From contig CAYUUK010000007.1 in NCBI GenBank assembly GCA_964447905.1, positions 513 through 64,512 of the forward strand: DNA of 64,000 nt. The letters run 5' to 3'. The notes below the pieces were generated by a model. That model saw nothing but the letters and a program-made list of their open reading frames with translations. It made no database searches and was not told the origin of the DNA. Position numbers and translations under genes: made by a program. Below are positions 19,092-29,743 of this stretch, in pieces. The stretch comes from an uncultured Pseudomonadales bacterium. Its GTDB lineage: Bacteria; Patescibacteriota; Microgenomatia; UBA1400; UBA1396. The first letter of the stretch is position 1. Each line of letters starts with the position of its first letter.

Positions 19092-20720
19092 GTGCGTCAG
19101 AGTCCGGTCGGAACTGGTCGAAAAAAAGTACAGGTTTCTCTTGGCTGGTGGGCCGCCTTTGCCGAATGGATCTTTGTTGGTTTTCTGCTGGTCGCAGCTT
19201 TTAGTGTACGACTGTATAAAATTGACGCCCCGCTTGGGGACTGGCACTCATTTCGTCAATCCGACACAGCCAGCGTAACGCGTGAGTATGTGCAGCACGG
19301 GGTGGATATACTCCGACCACAGTATCACGATGTATCGAACATCCAATCTGGACAGTTGAATCTGGATGGGTGGCGAATGGTGGAGTTTCCACTTTTGAAC
19401 GCGCTCACAGCCAGTATTCTTCAAACGTGGCCGCAGCTTGATCTCGTAGTAACCAGCCGCATGGTATCGATTGTGTCGAGCTTAGTGAGTTTGGCATGTG
19501 TTCTTTTCTTGGCAAGAAAGCTGTTTGGTCGAGTAACCATGGTGATTGCGGGTGTCACTTTTGCGTTTTTGCCATATAGCATTTATTACAGTCGTGTTAT
19601 TTTGCCGGAACCATTTATGGTTATGTGGTCAATGCTTGCTGCCGTAGGTATCTATCTCTGGAGTAGCGGGTTGTCGAAAAAGACAAAACAGCTTTTCAGT
19701 AAAAATGATATTTGGCTCGTGCTCGCGGCACTCAGTTTTATGATTGCTCTCTTAGTGAAACCTGTGGCGCTGTTCTTTGTGCCTTTTTACATTGGTATTT
19801 TTTGGCGTTTTCGTGTCTGGCGAATTACGCCCTGGATTCTCGCAACGGCACTCCTAACTGTTGCGCTTGTGCCACTGTGGTGGTGGCGAACCTGGATCCA
19901 GCAGTTTCCGAGTGGAATTCCGGCAAGTGACTGGTTACTCAATGGAAATGGCATTCGATTAAAGCCAGCTTGGTGGCGTTGGTTATTCGCTGATCGAATC
20001 GGTCGACTCATGTTTGGGTATTGGGGCGCTCCTTTGCTGCTGATTGGTTGGGTAGCAGGAGTTCAGCCTTGGAAGGCGAAGAAGCTCAAAAACATGCGTG
20101 AGTGGTTTATCGCTATTTGGAAGTACAAAGATTCTTGGTTCCAGGTTGAAGGTGCACTCATTTTTGGCGCAGTCGGTATGTTGGCGTATCTCGTTGTGTT
20201 CGCGAGTGGGAATGTACAGCATGACTATTACCAGATTCCACTGGTGCCGATTTTGGTACTTTTGTGGGCGCGCGGTGCGAGTTGGTTGATCGAGCAAGGA
20301 AGTGGTTGGTTGCAAAAGATTGAGCTCAGTGGTGTGGTGGCCATTATTGGTCTCTTCAGCATTGCTTTTGCATGGTATGAAGTAGCGGGTTGGTTTAACA
20401 TAAATAATCCTGCCTATGTGACTGCCGGCGCTGCTGTTCAGCAGCACACGCCTGATGATGCGCTAGTGATTGCACCTGGTTTTGGTGATACCACGTTCTT
20501 GTTTCAAACTGAGCGCCGCGGGTGGCCAATCGGTTTTGAGATTGAGGACAAAATTGCCGCTGGTGCGCAGTACTACGTATCAACTGCCTATGACGATGAA
20601 GCTCGTCGCCTTGAGAAACAATTTACGGTCATAGAAAAAACAGAAGAGTATATCTTGATTGATCTTCAGCAACCCATTTTGAATGAATTGAATGAAACCG
20701 AATCAGTGACTGGGGTGTAG
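19092..20720 (+). CDS. GT-C (ArnT/PMT_2, GT39-like) membrane glycosyltransferase
   Basis: HSFRQSDT, EFPLLN, YYSRVILPE, LLVKP, HDYYQ. Confidence 0.8.
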   Translation: MRQSPVGTGRKKVQVSLGWWAAFAEWIFVGFLLVAAFSVRLYKIDAPLGDWHSFRQSDTASVTREYVQHGVDILRPQYHDVSNIQSGQLNLDGWRMVEFPLLNALTASILQTWPQLDLVVTSRMVSIVSSLVSLACVLFLARKLFGRVTMVIAGVTFAFLPYSIYYSRVILPEPFMVMWSMLAAVGIYLWSSGLSKKTKQLFSKNDIWLVLAALSFMIALLVKPVALFFVPFYIGIFWRFRVWRITPWILATALLTVALVPLWWWRTWIQQFPSGIPASDWLLNGNGIRLKPAWWRWLFADRIGRLMFGYWGAPLLLIGWVAGVQPWKAKKLKNMREWFIAIWKYKDSWFQVEGALIFGAVGMLAYLVVFASGNVQHDYYQIPLVPILVLLWARGASWLIEQGSGWLQKIELSGVVAIIGLFSIAFAWYEVAGWFNINNPAYVTAGAAVQQHTPDDALVIAPGFGDTTFLFQTERRGWPIGFEIEDKIAAGAQYYVSTAYDDEARRLEKQFTVIEKTEEYILIDLQQPILNELNETESVTGV

Positions 20721-20731
20721 GGAAGTTGCCA

Positions 20732-21931
20732 ATGCGTATTTTCATGTTAACTCCTTATCTTCCCTATCCACTGCTCAGTGGCGGTCAGGTTCGCACCTAC
20801 AACTTGCTGAAAAAGATTTCTGAAGAGCATGACGTGACTTTATTCGCCTTAATTAAGCACGAAGACGAGAAGCAGTATCTACCGGAGTTAGAAAAGTACT
20901 GTAGCAACGTACGGGTTTTTAAGCGTACTTCTCAACCCTGGCATCCGCGAAATATTCTTTTGGCAGGTTTAACGGCATATCCTTTTGTGGTGACGCGTAA
21001 CATGGTGATGTCGGTAAAGTCAGCCATTGCTGAAGAACTTGCTCGTACCGAATACGACCTTATTCATGTTGAGACGTTCTATATGATGCCGAATATTCCG
21101 GAAACGAAAATTCCCACACTGCTGGTTGAGCAAACTATTGAGTACTTAGGGTATGAACGGTTTGCACAGAAAATAACGAAAAAATTTCCATTTCTGCGTC
21201 CACTGTTAAATATCGATATCGCTAAAATTACTCATTGGGAAAAAGAGTATTGGCGCAGTTGTGACCAATTGATTACCGTTTCTGAAGATGATCGTGAGTT
21301 TATTCAAGAAACCGTACCTGATCTCAAAGATATTGCGGTGGTTTCCAACGGTGTAGATATTGAGTTCTTTGAAGAAAAGAAAAAGCAGTTGCATGACACT
21401 GATACGATTTTATTTGTGGGGACCTTTAACTGGTTACCCAATGTTGAAGCGGTTGAGTTTCTGGTAGAAGAGGTATGGCCCAAAATTCGTGAGTCTCTGC
21501 CGCACGTACAGCTAAGGATTGCTGGGGCCTCGCCCACAGCCAAAATCCGCCAGTATGCTGAGCAAGACGATCGTATTTGTGTGACTGGCCGTGTTCCGGA
21601 TATCCGCGATGAGTATGCGCAAGCCAATGTTTTGCTCGCTCCTGTTTTCAGTGGAAAAGGCACTCGCTATAAAGTGCTCGAAGCCATGGCTACACAGACA
21701 CCAGTGATAGGCACCAGTATTTCTATGGAAGGCATTGGTGCTGAACCGGAAAAAGAGTTCTTACAAGCCGACAACGCCGATGAAATGGCCGCACAAACCA
21801 TTCGTTTGCTGCGTGATGAAACGCTGCAAAAAAAGTTGGCGAAAGCTGGCAAGAAATTTGTGCAGCAACACTTTGGTTGGGAAAGTATTTCCGAAGAGTT
21901 ACTGGCCATCTATGAGGAAGCAGCGCGATAA
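20732..21931 (+). CDS. GT4 glycosyltransferase
   Basis: PYPLLSGGQVR, VSNGVD, FVGTFNWLPN, GTRYKVLEAMA. Confidence 0.9.
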   Translation: MRIFMLTPYLPYPLLSGGQVRTYNLLKKISEEHDVTLFALIKHEDEKQYLPELEKYCSNVRVFKRTSQPWHPRNILLAGLTAYPFVVTRNMVMSVKSAIAEELARTEYDLIHVETFYMMPNIPETKIPTLLVEQTIEYLGYERFAQKITKKFPFLRPLLNIDIAKITHWEKEYWRSCDQLITVSEDDREFIQETVPDLKDIAVVSNGVDIEFFEEKKKQLHDTDTILFVGTFNWLPNVEAVEFLVEEVWPKIRESLPHVQLRIAGASPTAKIRQYAEQDDRICVTGRVPDIRDEYAQANVLLAPVFSGKGTRYKVLEAMATQTPVIGTSISMEGIGAEPEKEFLQADNADEMAAQTIRLLRDETLQKKLAKAGKKFVQQHFGWESISEELLAIYEEAAR

Positions 21932-21951
21932 GCGCGAGCAAGAAGGAAGCA

Positions 21952-22866
21952 ATGCAAAAAAAACTTTCGATCATCTTAGTGAGCTACAATTCCTGGCATT
22001 GGGTAGAGAAATGTCTACGGTCTTTTACCAATGTAGCCGAGTGGTCAGCTGACGAAAAAAAGACTCCGATCGAAGTTATTCTGGTTGATAATCATTCTCG
22101 TGATGGAGTACTGGCAAACGTTAAGCAGCAGTTCCCTTGGGTAAAAACGTTCTCACTGCCAGAAAATAGAGGATTCTCCGCCGGTAACAACGTGGGAATT
22201 CAGCAGGCAACGGCGCCCTACGTTATGCTTCTCAATACCGACACCGAGTTTCCTGAAAACACGCAGTTGTTTCCTCTGTTAGATGTGTTTGACGAACAGG
22301 AAGACGTGGCGGTGGTGACACCGAAGGTTGTGCTTTCTACTGGTGAGCTCGATCCTTCTAGTCATCGTGGTTTTCCAACCCCTTGGAATGCCATGATGTA
22401 CTACTCAGGAGTAGCAAAGCGATTTCCACAGGCTCGTTGGGCGGCTGGGTACCATCGAACATGGGAAGATCTGGATGTCGCTCACGAAATAGAGGCGTGT
22501 TCAGGTGCGGCGATGATTGTACGAAAAGCAGCTATCGATGAAGTGGGGTTGCTTGATGAGTCATATTTTATGTACGCGGAAGACCTGGATTGGTGTTACC
22601 GCTTCCACACACAAAAGTGGCGCATTTGGTTTGATCCATCAGTGGTCATCATTCATCACAAGCACAAATCCGGCCTAGGAAAAGCCGTCTCTTGGGAAAC
22701 AAAAGAAAAAACCATTCGCGCCTTTTATGACACGATGAAACAGTTTTGGCGAAAGTTTTATACCGATCGCTATCCGGCACTAGTTATGATTTTTGTGTTT
22801 GCTATGATAGAGTTACTCAAGTTGCGAAAACTAGAACAAGAAAGGAAACAGTATGAAAACCACTGA
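21952..22866 (+). CDS. GT2 glycosyltransferase (rhamnosyltransferase WbbL-like)
   Basis: ILVSYN, VDNHSRD, NRGFSAGNN, LLNTD, FMYAEDLDWC. Confidence 0.9.
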   Translation: MQKKLSIILVSYNSWHWVEKCLRSFTNVAEWSADEKKTPIEVILVDNHSRDGVLANVKQQFPWVKTFSLPENRGFSAGNNVGIQQATAPYVMLLNTDTEFPENTQLFPLLDVFDEQEDVAVVTPKVVLSTGELDPSSHRGFPTPWNAMMYYSGVAKRFPQARWAAGYHRTWEDLDVAHEIEACSGAAMIVRKAAIDEVGLLDESYFMYAEDLDWCYRFHTQKWRIWFDPSVVIIHHKHKSGLGKAVSWETKEKTIRAFYDTMKQFWRKFYTDRYPALVMIFVFAMIELLKLRKLEQERKQYENH

Positions 22867-23386
22867 TTTGCGTTTTCAAATTGCGAAAACACAGCGAGAT
22901 CAACAAACCGCTTTACAAGGAGCTTTATTAGTTGTCTTCTTTGCGGTTATTACTGCCTCGGTTGGTCCGCAATTTATCTATCAATATGCTTTGCAAAATG
23001 CACCAGTTGAGCAACAGATGCTTATTCTCGGTAACTTACCGGTAGTGAGCTATGGAATTGCTGTAGTCGTTTTCTTGTGGGCTTTGGTAAGAAATTTCTT
23101 CCGCAGTCGTACAATTCGCATGTATGAGCAAGAACTCCAACTCCTGGCATACGCCATGATGGATGACTGCATGTGTTGTGTTGGCGATTCCTGTGAATGT
23201 GTCTGCCACACACCTTCCCATGATGACTTTGCTTCAGCGCTTTCTGCTGTAGAGGACTCCGAAGGTGCTGTTGCTGACGATTATGAAAAGAAAACTGTTA
23301 AGAAAGCAATGAGCTCCAAGTCTACAAAGAAGTCCACTTCTTCCAAGAAAAGTACTAAAAAATCTACTTCTCAGAAGTTGAAATAA
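22853..23386 (+). CDS. 2-TM protein with a Cys cluster and Lys/Ser-rich tail
   Basis: Two TMs, DDCMCCVGDSCECVCH and KSTKKSTS repeats; AAGGA SD. Confidence 0.7.
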   Translation: MKTTDLRFQIAKTQRDQQTALQGALLVVFFAVITASVGPQFIYQYALQNAPVEQQMLILGNLPVVSYGIAVVVFLWALVRNFFRSRTIRMYEQELQLLAYAMMDDCMCCVGDSCECVCHTPSHDDFASALSAVEDSEGAVADDYEKKTVKKAMSSKSTKKSTSSKKSTKKSTSQKLK

Positions 23387-23407
23387 CTGAAAAGGAGGAC
23401 ACAGCGC

Positions 23408-24568
23408 ATGTCCGCTGGTCCGATTCGAATAGGTTTTGATGCACGACTGGCCGGTTCCCGCCACGCGGGAATCGGTCGTTATGCAGAAAATCTCTTACGG
23501 TACCTTCTGGAAGAAATTCACGTTGCAGAAGGGCGGCCCATTCAGTGGGTCGTTTTTGTGGCGCAAGAACACGATCTGTCCTGGCTTGAGTCGCTTGGAG
23601 ATACGGTTGAGATTCGGCACGTTTGTATACGACACTACTCTGTTGCTGAGCAGATTCTGTGGCCGCAGATTCTGATGCGTGCGAAACTGGATCTTTTGCA
23701 TGTGCCGCACTTTAATGTTCCTGTCCTCTATACGCTGCCTTTTACTGTTACTATCCATGATTTGCTGTGGCACCAACAGCGAGATCCACGAGCCACGACC
23801 TTGTTGCCCTGGATGCATCGATTGAAGTATGGAGCCTATCGTTTGGTGAGCTGGATGGCTATTCGTCGAGCCAAGTATGTGTTTGTGCCCTCTAAGGTGG
23901 TGCAAAAAGAAGTGGCCCGGGCCACCGGACGAGTGCGCTCGGTCCGCGTCACACCAGAGGGTGTGGGAGAACCGTATCGTTCCGCTACCATTTCAGAGAA
24001 CTCAAAAGACTTCAAAGCAGCGAGCGCGCCATATTGTGTGTATACCGGGAGCTTGTATCCGCACAAAAATGTCGAGGTGATTTTACGAGCTTTACGCCGG
24101 GTTCCGCAGATGCGACTTGTTCTGGCGAGCTCACGATCGGTGTTTACCGAGAGGTTCTTAGAACAAGCTGAACGATACGGAGTTGCCTCACAGGTTGAGT
24201 GGCGTGGATATGTGCCGGATACTGAAATGATTTCGCTGTATCGCTCTGCCACTGCGCTGATTCAGCCCTCTCTGTCGGAAGGTTTTGGATTGACCGGTTT
24301 AGAGGCCTTGGCGGTCGGGGCACGAGTGATCGCTGCCGATATCCCTATCTTTCACGAAGTATACGGAGAGTGTGCTGAGTATTTTCCGCCGCGTGATGGA
24401 TATGCTTTGAGTGAGTTGTTAGAGAGATTCGGAGAGGTTGCGCCGGCGCTCTCCGAGCGCCGGCGCAACCGTCGCCACGCACTCACCTACAGCTGGCAAA
24501 TTATGGGTGAGCAAACATGGGAAAAGATGCGTGTAGTCATTCAACAGAATCAGCAGAAAGCCGTCTAA
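23408..24568 (+). CDS. GT4 glycosyltransferase (mannosyltransferase-like)
   Basis: IGFDAR..HAGIGRY, TIHDL, YPHKN, PSLSEGFGLTGLEA; AGGAGG SD. Confidence 0.9.
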   Translation: MSAGPIRIGFDARLAGSRHAGIGRYAENLLRYLLEEIHVAEGRPIQWVVFVAQEHDLSWLESLGDTVEIRHVCIRHYSVAEQILWPQILMRAKLDLLHVPHFNVPVLYTLPFTVTIHDLLWHQQRDPRATTLLPWMHRLKYGAYRLVSWMAIRRAKYVFVPSKVVQKEVARATGRVRSVRVTPEGVGEPYRSATISENSKDFKAASAPYCVYTGSLYPHKNVEVILRALRRVPQMRLVLASSRSVFTERFLEQAERYGVASQVEWRGYVPDTEMISLYRSATALIQPSLSEGFGLTGLEALAVGARVIAADIPIFHEVYGECAEYFPPRDGYALSELLERFGEVAPALSERRRNRRHALTYSWQIMGEQTWEKMRVVIQQNQQKAV

Positions 24569-24571
24569 TAT

Positions 24572-25795
24572 ATGGACTATATGGACACTGCAGAGACACC
24601 CACTCATCATCAAACGAAGCCGTATCAGGATGCTCGTGTCGCCATTGTGTACGATCGACTGAACTCTGCCGGTGGAGCAGAAAAAGTTCTGGTACAGTTA
24701 CAAGCTTTGTATCCGGAAGCGGTTTTTTTTACATCTGTTTATGCACCAGAGAAAACACCATGGCTAAAAGCAGGAACCGAGGTCCGCACTTCCTATCTGC
24801 AAAGAATTCCAGGAGCCAAAAATCACCATCGCTTATTCGGTTGGCTGATGCCTTTTCTGTTTGAGTCCTTTGACTTCACTGGGTTTGATATCGTTATTTC
24901 TGTGACGTCGGAGGCGGCAAAAGGAGTCCTTACGCAACCCCATCAACTCCACGTTTGCTATCTTCTTACACCCACTCGGTATTTGTGGTCGCATCAGGAG
25001 TTGTATGAGCAGCAGGTGCCAGGGTTTTTGCGAAGCGTCATGCGTCGCCTGGTGCGGTATTTGCAAAATTGGGATCGAGTGGCGGCGTATCGACCAGATA
25101 GGATGATTCCGATTTCGAAGCAAGTGTGGGAAAGAGCAAAACAGTACTATCGTCGTCCTCTTGAAGAGCCTCTGTATCCACCAGCAGATGTGGTGCAAAC
25201 CAGTGTCCAGCCAGAGAAAACAAGAGAATCAGATTTTCCGAAGTCCTTTTTTTTCACCTGGGGACGTCACGTGGCTTATAAGCAGTTTGACACCGTCATC
25301 GCCGCTGCTGTGAGTGCGCAAGAGCCGCTGGTGATAGCCGGAGAAGGTCCGCAAACTGCCTTTCTCAAAAAACTAGCCAAACAGCTTGATCCCCACCAGC
25401 AGTATATTTATTTTTTGGGCGCGCTCAGTGATTCGGAAATTACTTGGTGTCTCGAATCCGCTCATGCAGCCGTCTTCCCACAAGAAGAAGATTATGGCAT
25501 TGTAATAGCAGAATCGCTTCTGGTTGGTTGTCCAGTGATTGCGCACAAAAAAAGTGGTGCAACAGAAAAAATGACCAGTGGTGATGGTGTGCTGATACCC
25601 GAAGGCAGTGTTTCTATGGTTCTAGCGGCCATGCAAAAAATACGAGCAAAAACATGGGACAGACTTGACATTCGTCACCGTGCGCGACAATATGCAGGGG
25701 TACGGTTTTCTGAGGAATGGAACCGCGCGCTTCGTAAGCAGTGGCAAGAACACCCGCGCTTGTGGCGCAAAGAATTGAAAGGAATCTATGAGTGA
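24572..25795 (+). CDS. GT4 glycosyltransferase (WbaZ-like)
   Basis: VAIVYD..GGAEKVL, CYLLTPTRYLW, EEDYGIVIAES. Confidence 0.85.
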   Translation: MDYMDTAETPTHHQTKPYQDARVAIVYDRLNSAGGAEKVLVQLQALYPEAVFFTSVYAPEKTPWLKAGTEVRTSYLQRIPGAKNHHRLFGWLMPFLFESFDFTGFDIVISVTSEAAKGVLTQPHQLHVCYLLTPTRYLWSHQELYEQQVPGFLRSVMRRLVRYLQNWDRVAAYRPDRMIPISKQVWERAKQYYRRPLEEPLYPPADVVQTSVQPEKTRESDFPKSFFFTWGRHVAYKQFDTVIAAAVSAQEPLVIAGEGPQTAFLKKLAKQLDPHQQYIYFLGALSDSEITWCLESAHAAVFPQEEDYGIVIAESLLVGCPVIAHKKSGATEKMTSGDGVLIPEGSVSMVLAAMQKIRAKTWDRLDIRHRARQYAGVRFSEEWNRALRKQWQEHPRLWRKELKGIYE

Positions 25796-26900
25796 ACAGG
25801 CACTTGAGCACACATACGCCGTCATTTTGGCTGGTGGGAGTGGTACAAGGTTGTGGCCAAAATCCCGCGATAACACTCCAAAACAGTTCTTAAAACTCGG
25901 CGGAGACCGCACTATGATGCAAGGTGCCGTTGATCGCATTCTTCCCTTAATTCCATGGGAGAGACTTATTGTGGTGACCAACGAAAAGTATGTACAAGAT
26001 GTGCGTGCGCAATTACCAGAGATACCTCAAGAAAACATTGTGGCTGAGCCGGATAAGCGAGACACAGCCTTAGCTATGGCTCTCGGAGCACTGATTGCCA
26101 AGAATCGCGATCCAGAGGCTGTTGTGGTAAACATCGCCTCAGACCATGTTCTCTTAAATGAAGATGAGTATCGCCGAGTTGTTTCGGCTGCGGTTGCGTT
26201 GGCAAGTCAAAAGTCTCATTTAGTGACTGTGGGTATTACTCCAACTGGTCCGAACGTGAACTTTGGATACATTCAGGCCAATGGTGATCTCACCGAAGTC
26301 AACGGGTACACAGCCCGACTGGTGCAGAGTTTTAAAGAAAAGCCAGATAAAACCACAGCCGAACAGTTCCTCGCTGCTGGCAACTACTACTGGAACGCCA
26401 ACATGTACACGTGGCATGTTGACGCTATCTGGGAGGCTTTTGAACGTCATATGCCCAGCATGATGCCTGCTCTGGAGAAAATCGATGCCGCCGTTGGCAC
26501 GGATCACTTTGAGTCGGTACTGGCTGAAGTGTACGCCGATGCAGAAAAGGTGCCTATCGATATCGCTATTTCCGAAAAAGCCGACAACTTGGTCCTTTTT
26601 GCCGGCGACTTCGGCTGGGATGATATTGGACTGTGGAGCACAGTGTACCAGCTTGGCAAGAAAGATGAACACGGTACCGTAGTGGTCAGTGACTCTGACG
26701 ACACCAGCCCAGTTATTCAACTGGATTCTCAGAATAATTTAGTAACCACGAATGATCGGCTCGTGGCGCTTATTGGTATAGAAGACATGGTGGTCATAGA
26801 TAGTAAAGACGTGTTGCTTGTGCTGCCACGAGAGCGTGCCGCTGACGTGAAAAAAGTCGTTCAAGCACTCAAAGAGAAAGAGTTACAGGACTATCTATGA
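25788..26900 (+). CDS. manC: Mannose-1-phosphate guanylyltransferase
   Basis: ILAGGSGTRLWPKSR..PKQFL, FKEKP, WNANM, GWDDIG. Confidence 0.9.
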   Translation: MSEQALEHTYAVILAGGSGTRLWPKSRDNTPKQFLKLGGDRTMMQGAVDRILPLIPWERLIVVTNEKYVQDVRAQLPEIPQENIVAEPDKRDTALAMALGALIAKNRDPEAVVVNIASDHVLLNEDEYRRVVSAAVALASQKSHLVTVGITPTGPNVNFGYIQANGDLTEVNGYTARLVQSFKEKPDKTTAEQFLAAGNYYWNANMYTWHVDAIWEAFERHMPSMMPALEKIDAAVGTDHFESVLAEVYADAEKVPIDIAISEKADNLVLFAGDFGWDDIGLWSTVYQLGKKDEHGTVVVSDSDDTSPVIQLDSQNNLVTTNDRLVALIGIEDMVVIDSKDVLLVLPRERAADVKKVVQALKEKELQDYL

Positions 26901-27517
26901 GCTACGAAGCCCAAAAGCGTGTTCTTGATATAGTGGTTGCCTCGATTTTATTGGTTGGATTTCTTCCTTTTTGGATAGTCATTCCCATTTTGATTTATCT
27001 TGATTCAGGTTGGCCGGTGTTTTTTGTTCATGAGCGAGTGGGCAAAGATGGCAGACCGATAAAACTCTTTAAATTTCGCTCGATGATTCAGGGTGCCGAC
27101 GACTTGCTGCACAAGAAAGATCGCCAGTTACTGGAGAAGTTTAAGGCGGGAGACTGGAAGTTGGAGAACGATCCGCGAATTACCAAACTCGGTCGGGTTC
27201 TGCGTTCGCTCACAATTGACGAATTTCCCCAGCTGCTGAACGTCCTACGGGGCGAAATGAGCATGATTGGACCGCGAGCGTACGTGAAGCGGGAGCTAGA
27301 CGATCAGACCGAGCGATATCCAGAGACGCAAGAACTCATACCGGTTATCTTGAGTGTGAAGCCTGGAATTACCGGTCCTTGGCAAGTTTCCGGTCGTAAC
27401 GACATTCCTTTTGTGCAGCGTGCGCAGCTTGATGCAGACTACGCTCGACAAAGGTCCATATGGAATGATATTCTGATACTGCTCAAGACTCCCCGAGCAA
27501 TGATCTCCCGCTGGTAA
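26897..27517 (+). CDS. Polyprenyl-phosphate sugar phosphotransferase (WcaJ/WbaP catalytic domain)
   Basis: KRVLDI, FKFRSM, DPRITKLG, DEFPQL, VKPGITG. Confidence 0.9.
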   Translation: MSYEAQKRVLDIVVASILLVGFLPFWIVIPILIYLDSGWPVFFVHERVGKDGRPIKLFKFRSMIQGADDLLHKKDRQLLEKFKAGDWKLENDPRITKLGRVLRSLTIDEFPQLLNVLRGEMSMIGPRAYVKRELDDQTERYPETQELIPVILSVKPGITGPWQVSGRNDIPFVQRAQLDADYARQRSIWNDILILLKTPRAMISRW

Positions 27518-27598
27518 ATCCGTTTGCGGGTCCATTGTTGTCTGTGTGTATTTTTGTGATGAATGGAGTCATAACTGAGTGAAAATATTGGAGAATAT

Positions 27599-29734
27599 AT
27601 GGCAAATAATTCAAATCCTCCTCGAATTGATAGCGAATTTTTTGCGGCTTGGAAAAAGAACAGTGACTCACGTCAACAGACGCAGCAGTCAGCAGCTCAG
27701 CCTCCAAGCCAAGAAGCAGCTGCTCCAGAGGCCGCATCAGATTCAAAAACTTCTCGAACAACACGTAGTGGGAGCTTTTTTGCTCGTCGTCGTAGCGGTG
27801 CTCAAAAGAAAACGAGTGCTGATTCAGCGAAAAAAACTCGACCTTCACAGGCTCGAAAGTGGTGGAAGACTCGTGCATTTCGGGTGAGTATTGCCGTTTT
27901 TGGTGTTTTGCTTGTTTTGGTGGCTGGTGTAGGAGCTTTTGGCTTCTGGGGGTACCAAAAAGCCTTAGCAATCCAAGCAGTGGCTTTTGAGGCTCGGGCA
28001 GAAGCACAACTTACCTATGCCGCCTTTAAGACACAGAACTTGCCTGCTGCCAAAGAGCACCTTACTAAAGTTCAGGAACACGTGCTGGAAATCCAGTCGC
28101 TGTATGATGATGTTGCCTGGGCAAAAAATATCCCTGTCGCGAAAGCGTACTACGCCGATGGTGAACGAGCTCTCGTCGCCGCTGTAGCCGGAACGAACGC
28201 TGGTTTGAAAGGTATTACCGCTATCGAGCCACATGCCGACCTTCTTGGTTTTGAAGGTGAAGGCACGTTTGCCGGTACCACCGAGGATCGTCTCGGAGTT
28301 GTACTCGAGACTCTTAACCAAATTTCTCCTGAACTTGATGCTATCGCTGCAGACATTGAGATTGTGCAAGAAAATATCGGCGCTATCGATCCAGATCGTT
28401 ATCCCGAAACACTGCGTGGGTATGAAGTCAGATCTTTGATTCGCCAGGCGCAAGATTACGCCCTTGCGGCAGAGGTTGCCCTCAACGAAGCTCGCCCAGC
28501 GGTGGAGCGCTTGCCGATAGTGGCTGGTGCCGAAGAGCGCCGCAAGTACTTGGTCATCTTCCAGAATGACAACGAACTGCGCCCAACCGGTGGGTTCATG
28601 ACCGCTTATGCCGTGGTCTATGTGGAAGACGCCAAAGTCACCCCAGAGAAGTCTGACGACATCTATGAGCTCGACCAGAAGTTCCGTAACAAACCACCCA
28701 TTCCGGAGGAGCTCGGTCGCTTCTTGATTACCGAAAACACCTGGAACTTGCGAGACATGAACATCGATCCCAACTTTAAGAACTCGATGGAAACTTTCTA
28801 TGAGTACTACCAAGAAGTTCCTGGTGAACCATCCGATATTGACGGTATCATTGCGGTCGACACCGTAGTGCTCGAGAAAATTGTCGAGATCATTGGTCCG
28901 GTGGAAGTGCCGGGATATGGCACCTTCTCCGCACAGAATCTCGAAATTTGTGACTGTCCGCAAATCATCTATGCCTTGTCAGAAATTATTGATCGCCCCA
29001 CGCCATACATCCGTGAGGACCGCAAAGGTATCCTGGCGCCAATGATGCAGGCTATTATCCAGAAGGTGTACGCCACCGAGCGTACGAAGTGGCCACAGTT
29101 GGCTGAGCTTCTCTGGCAAAGTGTGGAAGGTCGCCACGTGCAGATGTACTTCATGAATGAAGAAGATCAGGCTGCTGCCGAGTTGATCGGTGCCGCTGGC
29201 ATCATTCCTGAGTTGTCAGAAACCGGCGATTACCTCACGGTAATTGATGCCAACTTGGCTGGTGCGAAGTCCAACCTGTTTGTAGAAAACTCTGGTGAGA
29301 TTGACGTTCGCGACATCACCGATGGTCGTGTTCGTAAGCAAGTCGAACTGACCTACCGCAACACGCATCCACCGTCTAACTGTAACCTGGAAGCTGGTCA
29401 GCTGTGTCTCAACGGCATGCTCAATGACTGGACCCGCTGGTACGTGCCAAAGGGTGTTGAGGTGGAAGAAGTCCTCGGCTTAGAAGAAGACTACGTTGTG
29501 GATACCAGTCACGATGCTTATGACATTATTGAGGGTGTTTTCAAGGTTGCGCCACTGGGTCAAACCAAAGTACGTATTACCTATACCGTGCCATACAGCG
29601 GTGAGCCAGATGCGAACTACATGCTCCGCATGCAAAAGCAGGGTGGTACCGATGACTTCCCATATGTGGTCAGTACTCCTTGGGGGCAAACAGAGTTCAT
29701 TCTCGACAAAGACCGCGACATTGTAGTGGAGTAA
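27599..29734 (+). CDS. DUF4012 domain protein
   Basis: N-terminal TM; YLVIFQNDNELRPTGGF, DGIIAVD, DANLAGAKS. Confidence 0.85.
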   Translation: MANNSNPPRIDSEFFAAWKKNSDSRQQTQQSAAQPPSQEAAAPEAASDSKTSRTTRSGSFFARRRSGAQKKTSADSAKKTRPSQARKWWKTRAFRVSIAVFGVLLVLVAGVGAFGFWGYQKALAIQAVAFEARAEAQLTYAAFKTQNLPAAKEHLTKVQEHVLEIQSLYDDVAWAKNIPVAKAYYADGERALVAAVAGTNAGLKGITAIEPHADLLGFEGEGTFAGTTEDRLGVVLETLNQISPELDAIAADIEIVQENIGAIDPDRYPETLRGYEVRSLIRQAQDYALAAEVALNEARPAVERLPIVAGAEERRKYLVIFQNDNELRPTGGFMTAYAVVYVEDAKVTPEKSDDIYELDQKFRNKPPIPEELGRFLITENTWNLRDMNIDPNFKNSMETFYEYYQEVPGEPSDIDGIIAVDTVVLEKIVEIIGPVEVPGYGTFSAQNLEICDCPQIIYALSEIIDRPTPYIREDRKGILAPMMQAIIQKVYATERTKWPQLAELLWQSVEGRHVQMYFMNEEDQAAAELIGAAGIIPELSETGDYLTVIDANLAGAKSNLFVENSGEIDVRDITDGRVRKQVELTYRNTHPPSNCNLEAGQLCLNGMLNDWTRWYVPKGVEVEEVLGLEEDYVVDTSHDAYDIIEGVFKVAPLGQTKVRITYTVPYSGEPDANYMLRMQKQGGTDDFPYVVSTPWGQTEFILDKDRDIVVE

Positions 29735-29743
29735 ACCAAACCT

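Noticed and set aside
27965-28963. Long antisense ORFs (332 aa here; also 47404..48252 and 37903..38472)
   Set aside because: They are shadows of well-supported genes on the opposite strand and carry no motifs of their own.
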